The notes beneath the pieces were generated by a model, which did not search any database, was not told the DNA's origin, and worked only from the letters and a program-made list of their open reading frames with translations. Both the position numbers and the translations under genes were made by a program. From an uncultured Candidatus Rokubacteria bacterium (lineage in GTDB: Bacteria; Methylomirabilota; Methylomirabilia; Rokubacteriales; CSP1-6), in contig CAVWFS010000018.1 of the NCBI GenBank assembly GCA_963754315.1, positions 64,001 to 128,000 of the forward strand: a stretch of 64,000 nucleotides of DNA. Direction: 5' to 3'. This document shows, piece by piece, positions 61,818 to 64,000 of this stretch. The number at the start of each line of letters is the position of its first letter. The stretch's first letter is position 1.

Positions 61818-63491
61818 CCGGGATTTCCAATATGGACCGATTCCCGCCCCAGTGGCGGCGTCCACTGAGCGAACCGTCCCGTCAGTCCGCTCGTGAACGC
61901 GTCCCAACACCTCAACGGCAGTCATTTCGGCGACCCTAGTGAATTGTGCCCCCGTCGTTCCCCGGGGTGGTCACTCCGACCGTCGCGTTCAGAGACACTC
62001 CTACCGGATCGCCAACTCACTCGTCATCGCCTTCACTCCGTGGGGCTCGTGATCACGTCGGATGCCACGCGAGCCGCTCGATGCGCCCGACAATCTGCCC
62101 AAACAGGCGTGATGTCAAGTGGCTCTCGGCGAGCTGCAGGACGAAGTACCGCGCATGCCGGATCAGGCGCCCACCGGTCTTGAACAGCCGCTGTTGCAAG
62201 CTCGTCAGTGACCAACTCTGGATGGCGAGCGGCAAGACGAGCCGCCGCAGGAGATTGCCGAGATTGTAGGCGATGACCCCGAGGAGTAACCGCACCTCGT
62301 TGGCCCGGAACCGGTGGCAGGAGAGCCGGGTCCAGTGGGTGGCTTCCTTGCCCTCCTTGATCCACTGCTCCGCCGTGCCGCGTTGGTTGTAGAAATTGAC
62401 GACGGCTCGGTTCGTCCCGGTGAGCGTGGTGACGATGAAGCCGACCCGAGGGAAGAGTTCTCCGAGGTGATGCTCGATCTTGGCGATCACGCGTCGCGGT
62501 CGGTCCCAGGAGGCGGCCTGATACGCGAAGCTCCGATACCGGACCAGCGGCGCGTAGCTGGGTCGACCTCGGGGCCGGGTCAGCAAGTCCTCGATCCTCC
62601 GCTCCAGTACCTGATTGGCCGGAAGCCGGATGGCATAGGCCACGTCCCGCCGTTCCAGTGCCTCGTACAGCGCGGGGAGCGCGAAGGCCGCGTCTGCACG
62701 CACGACAACGGTCTGCTTCTGAGCCTGGTAGCGGTCAATGACGGGCAGCAGGACCTCCTCCCACCCGTCCGCACTGTGGACGTTGCCGGGTCGGAGCGTG
62801 GCGGCCAAACAGTCGCCGTGCTGGTTGAAGACGAAGAGCGGATGATAGCAGACGGACTCGAAGTGACCATTGTAGGCTGATTGCTCTTGGGCCCCGTGGA
62901 CCGGACTCTCGGAGCTGTCGATATCCAGGATCAGACGCCGCGCGAGCGGGCGGGCGGCCTCGCGCTGCACCAGGGCCGTGTTAAGGCGCACGAGCCCCTT
63001 ATAGTTCCGATCCTCCGCGAGGACTTCCGTTTCGAACCAGTGCAGGGTGGACGTCAGCGCGACGCTCATCTCCCGCCGCTTCCGCGAGGCCAGCATCCGA
63101 AACGTCGGGTCCTCGGCCAGTCGCTCCGCGTCGTTCGTGTCCTCGTACCCGGCCAGGCGACTATAGATGGACTGGCGAAAGAGATCTGGCAAGGGGAACT
63201 GATAATTTCGTCCGGTGCGAGGATCGGTGAGGTGTCGCTCGATCAGGGCGCTCAGACCGAGGCGCTCGTCCAACTCGCGTGGCAACAGCAGCCCGGCGTC
63301 GGAGGTCACCGTGGCTCCCCGGAACTCGACGCGAAGTTGGGGATTGAACGAGAGGCGAACTGGGTTCGATTTCGCGTCACCCATTGGGTGGTACCCTCCG
63401 CGCCAGCGGGGAGCCCCCGAGAGCCGCATTTCCTGCGGGGTCTGACGCGATTATGGCCTGATCTGTTCGCCTCTCAAAACGAAAATGCGGG
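61818..63491 (-). mobile_element. IS1380 family insertion sequence
   Basis: Imperfect terminal IRs CCCGCATTTTC / CCGGGATTTCC around a transposase; no clean target duplication seen. Confidence 0.8.
62053..63384 (-). CDS. IS1380 family DDE transposase
   Basis: TSDAGLL, GYEDTND, LDIDS, RADAAF, YNQRGTAEQWIKEGK, AYNL; uninterrupted. Confidence 0.95.
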   Translation of the reverse strand: MGDAKSNPVRLSFNPQLRVEFRGATVTSDAGLLLPRELDERLGLSALIERHLTDPRTGRNYQFPLPDLFRQSIYSRLAGYEDTNDAERLAEDPTFRMLASRKRREMSVALTSTLHWFETEVLAEDRNYKGLVRLNTALVQREAARPLARRLILDIDSSESPVHGAQEQSAYNGHFESVCYHPLFVFNQHGDCLAATLRPGNVHSADGWEEVLLPVIDRYQAQKQTVVVRADAAFALPALYEALERRDVAYAIRLPANQVLERRIEDLLTRPRGRPSYAPLVRYRSFAYQAASWDRPRRVIAKIEHHLGELFPRVGFIVTTLTGTNRAVVNFYNQRGTAEQWIKEGKEATHWTRLSCHRFRANEVRLLLGVIAYNLGNLLRRLVLPLAIQSWSLTSLQQRLFKTGGRLIRHARYFVLQLAESHLTSRLFGQIVGRIERLAWHPT

Positions 63492-63545
63492 GTAAGGGGT
63501 AAAGTGGGCTACATGACGACCCATGAACGTGACGCGGCCACGCCG

Positions 63546-64000
63546 ATGAACGTCTTCCAGGCCATTCGCACCTTGCTCGCCGTGCGGAGCTACAGGGACA
63601 CGCCGGTGCCTGATACCGTGGTCCGTCGGATCGTCGAGGCGGGGCGGCTGACCGGCAGTGGGATGAATGGCCAGCCCTGGCACTTCATCGTGGTCCGGGA
63701 CGGCGAGACATTGCGTCAACTCGGGGCCATGGCCTCGAGCGGGGCGTATGTCGCTCAAGCGCCGCTGGCGATTGTCGTGGCCACCGACAAGAGTCGGTTC
63801 GCCGTCTCCGACGCGAGTCGCGCGATCCAGTCAATGTTGCTGGCGGCGTGGGCCGATGGGGTGGGCTCGAACTGGGTAGGGTTCGGGGGCCTCACGAGAG
63901 TCAAGCCTCTGCTCGACATCCCAGCCGGCCTCGACGTGCTGGCGATCCTTCCGTTCGGGTATCCGGCTCGCACTGTGGGCCGGGGCAAGAAGCAGCGCAA
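63546..64000 (+). CDS. Nitroreductase family protein (3' truncated by window edge)
   Basis: MNVFQAIRTLLAVRSY, TGSGMNGQPWHFIVV, MLLAAWADGVGSNW; open to window end, absent from ORF track. Confidence 0.88.
   Translation, partial: MNVFQAIRTLLAVRSYRDTPVPDTVVRRIVEAGRLTGSGMNGQPWHFIVVRDGETLRQLGAMASSGAYVAQAPLAIVVATDKSRFAVSDASRAIQSMLLAAWADGVGSNWVGFGGLTRVKPLLDIPAGLDVLAILPFGYPARTVGRGKKQR

Noticed and set aside
61813..63495. Target-site duplication for the IS1380 element
   Set aside because: Flanks CTAG and GTAA do not match, so recent insertion cannot be claimed
1..64000. CRISPR array, tRNA or rRNA genes
   Set aside because: No regularly spaced repeats or recognisable structural RNA signatures seen by eye

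Overview
High-GC bacterial window with a dense set of catabolic, transport and redox genes. The gene repertoire (TRAP and family-5 ABC binding proteins, many SDR, LLM and amidohydrolase genes, a sigma54-STAND regulator) suggests a soil Candidatus Rokubacteria/Methylomirabilota-like MAG, but this is inference only. The window holds a xanthine-dehydrogenase-family large subunit (partial), a TRAP-pcaHGB aromatic ring-cleavage cluster, a fused CoA-transferase, a very divergent transketolase-like enzyme, GGT, a mitochondrial-type aconitase, two toxin-antitoxin loci, a complete-looking IS1380 element and an IS3 scar. Many single-base frameshifts, mostly between about 29.7 and 43.3 kb, look like long-read indel errors. 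Features the ORF track misses: (1) a ~569-aa UGSC selenoprotein with an in-frame UGA and a SECIS-like hairpin (57650-59359); (2) a ~1370-aa sigma54 activator-dead cyclase-STAND NTPase-TPR regulator facing a divergent -24/-12 promoter, a repeated upstream site and a small secreted protein; (3) an alphaproteobacterial-type hfq fragment in a foreign-looking segment with an atypical vanadium haloperoxidase; (4) several enzymes lacking canonical catalytic residues; (5) a translationally coupled 27-aa peptide. No rRNA, tRNA or CRISPR array was recognised.
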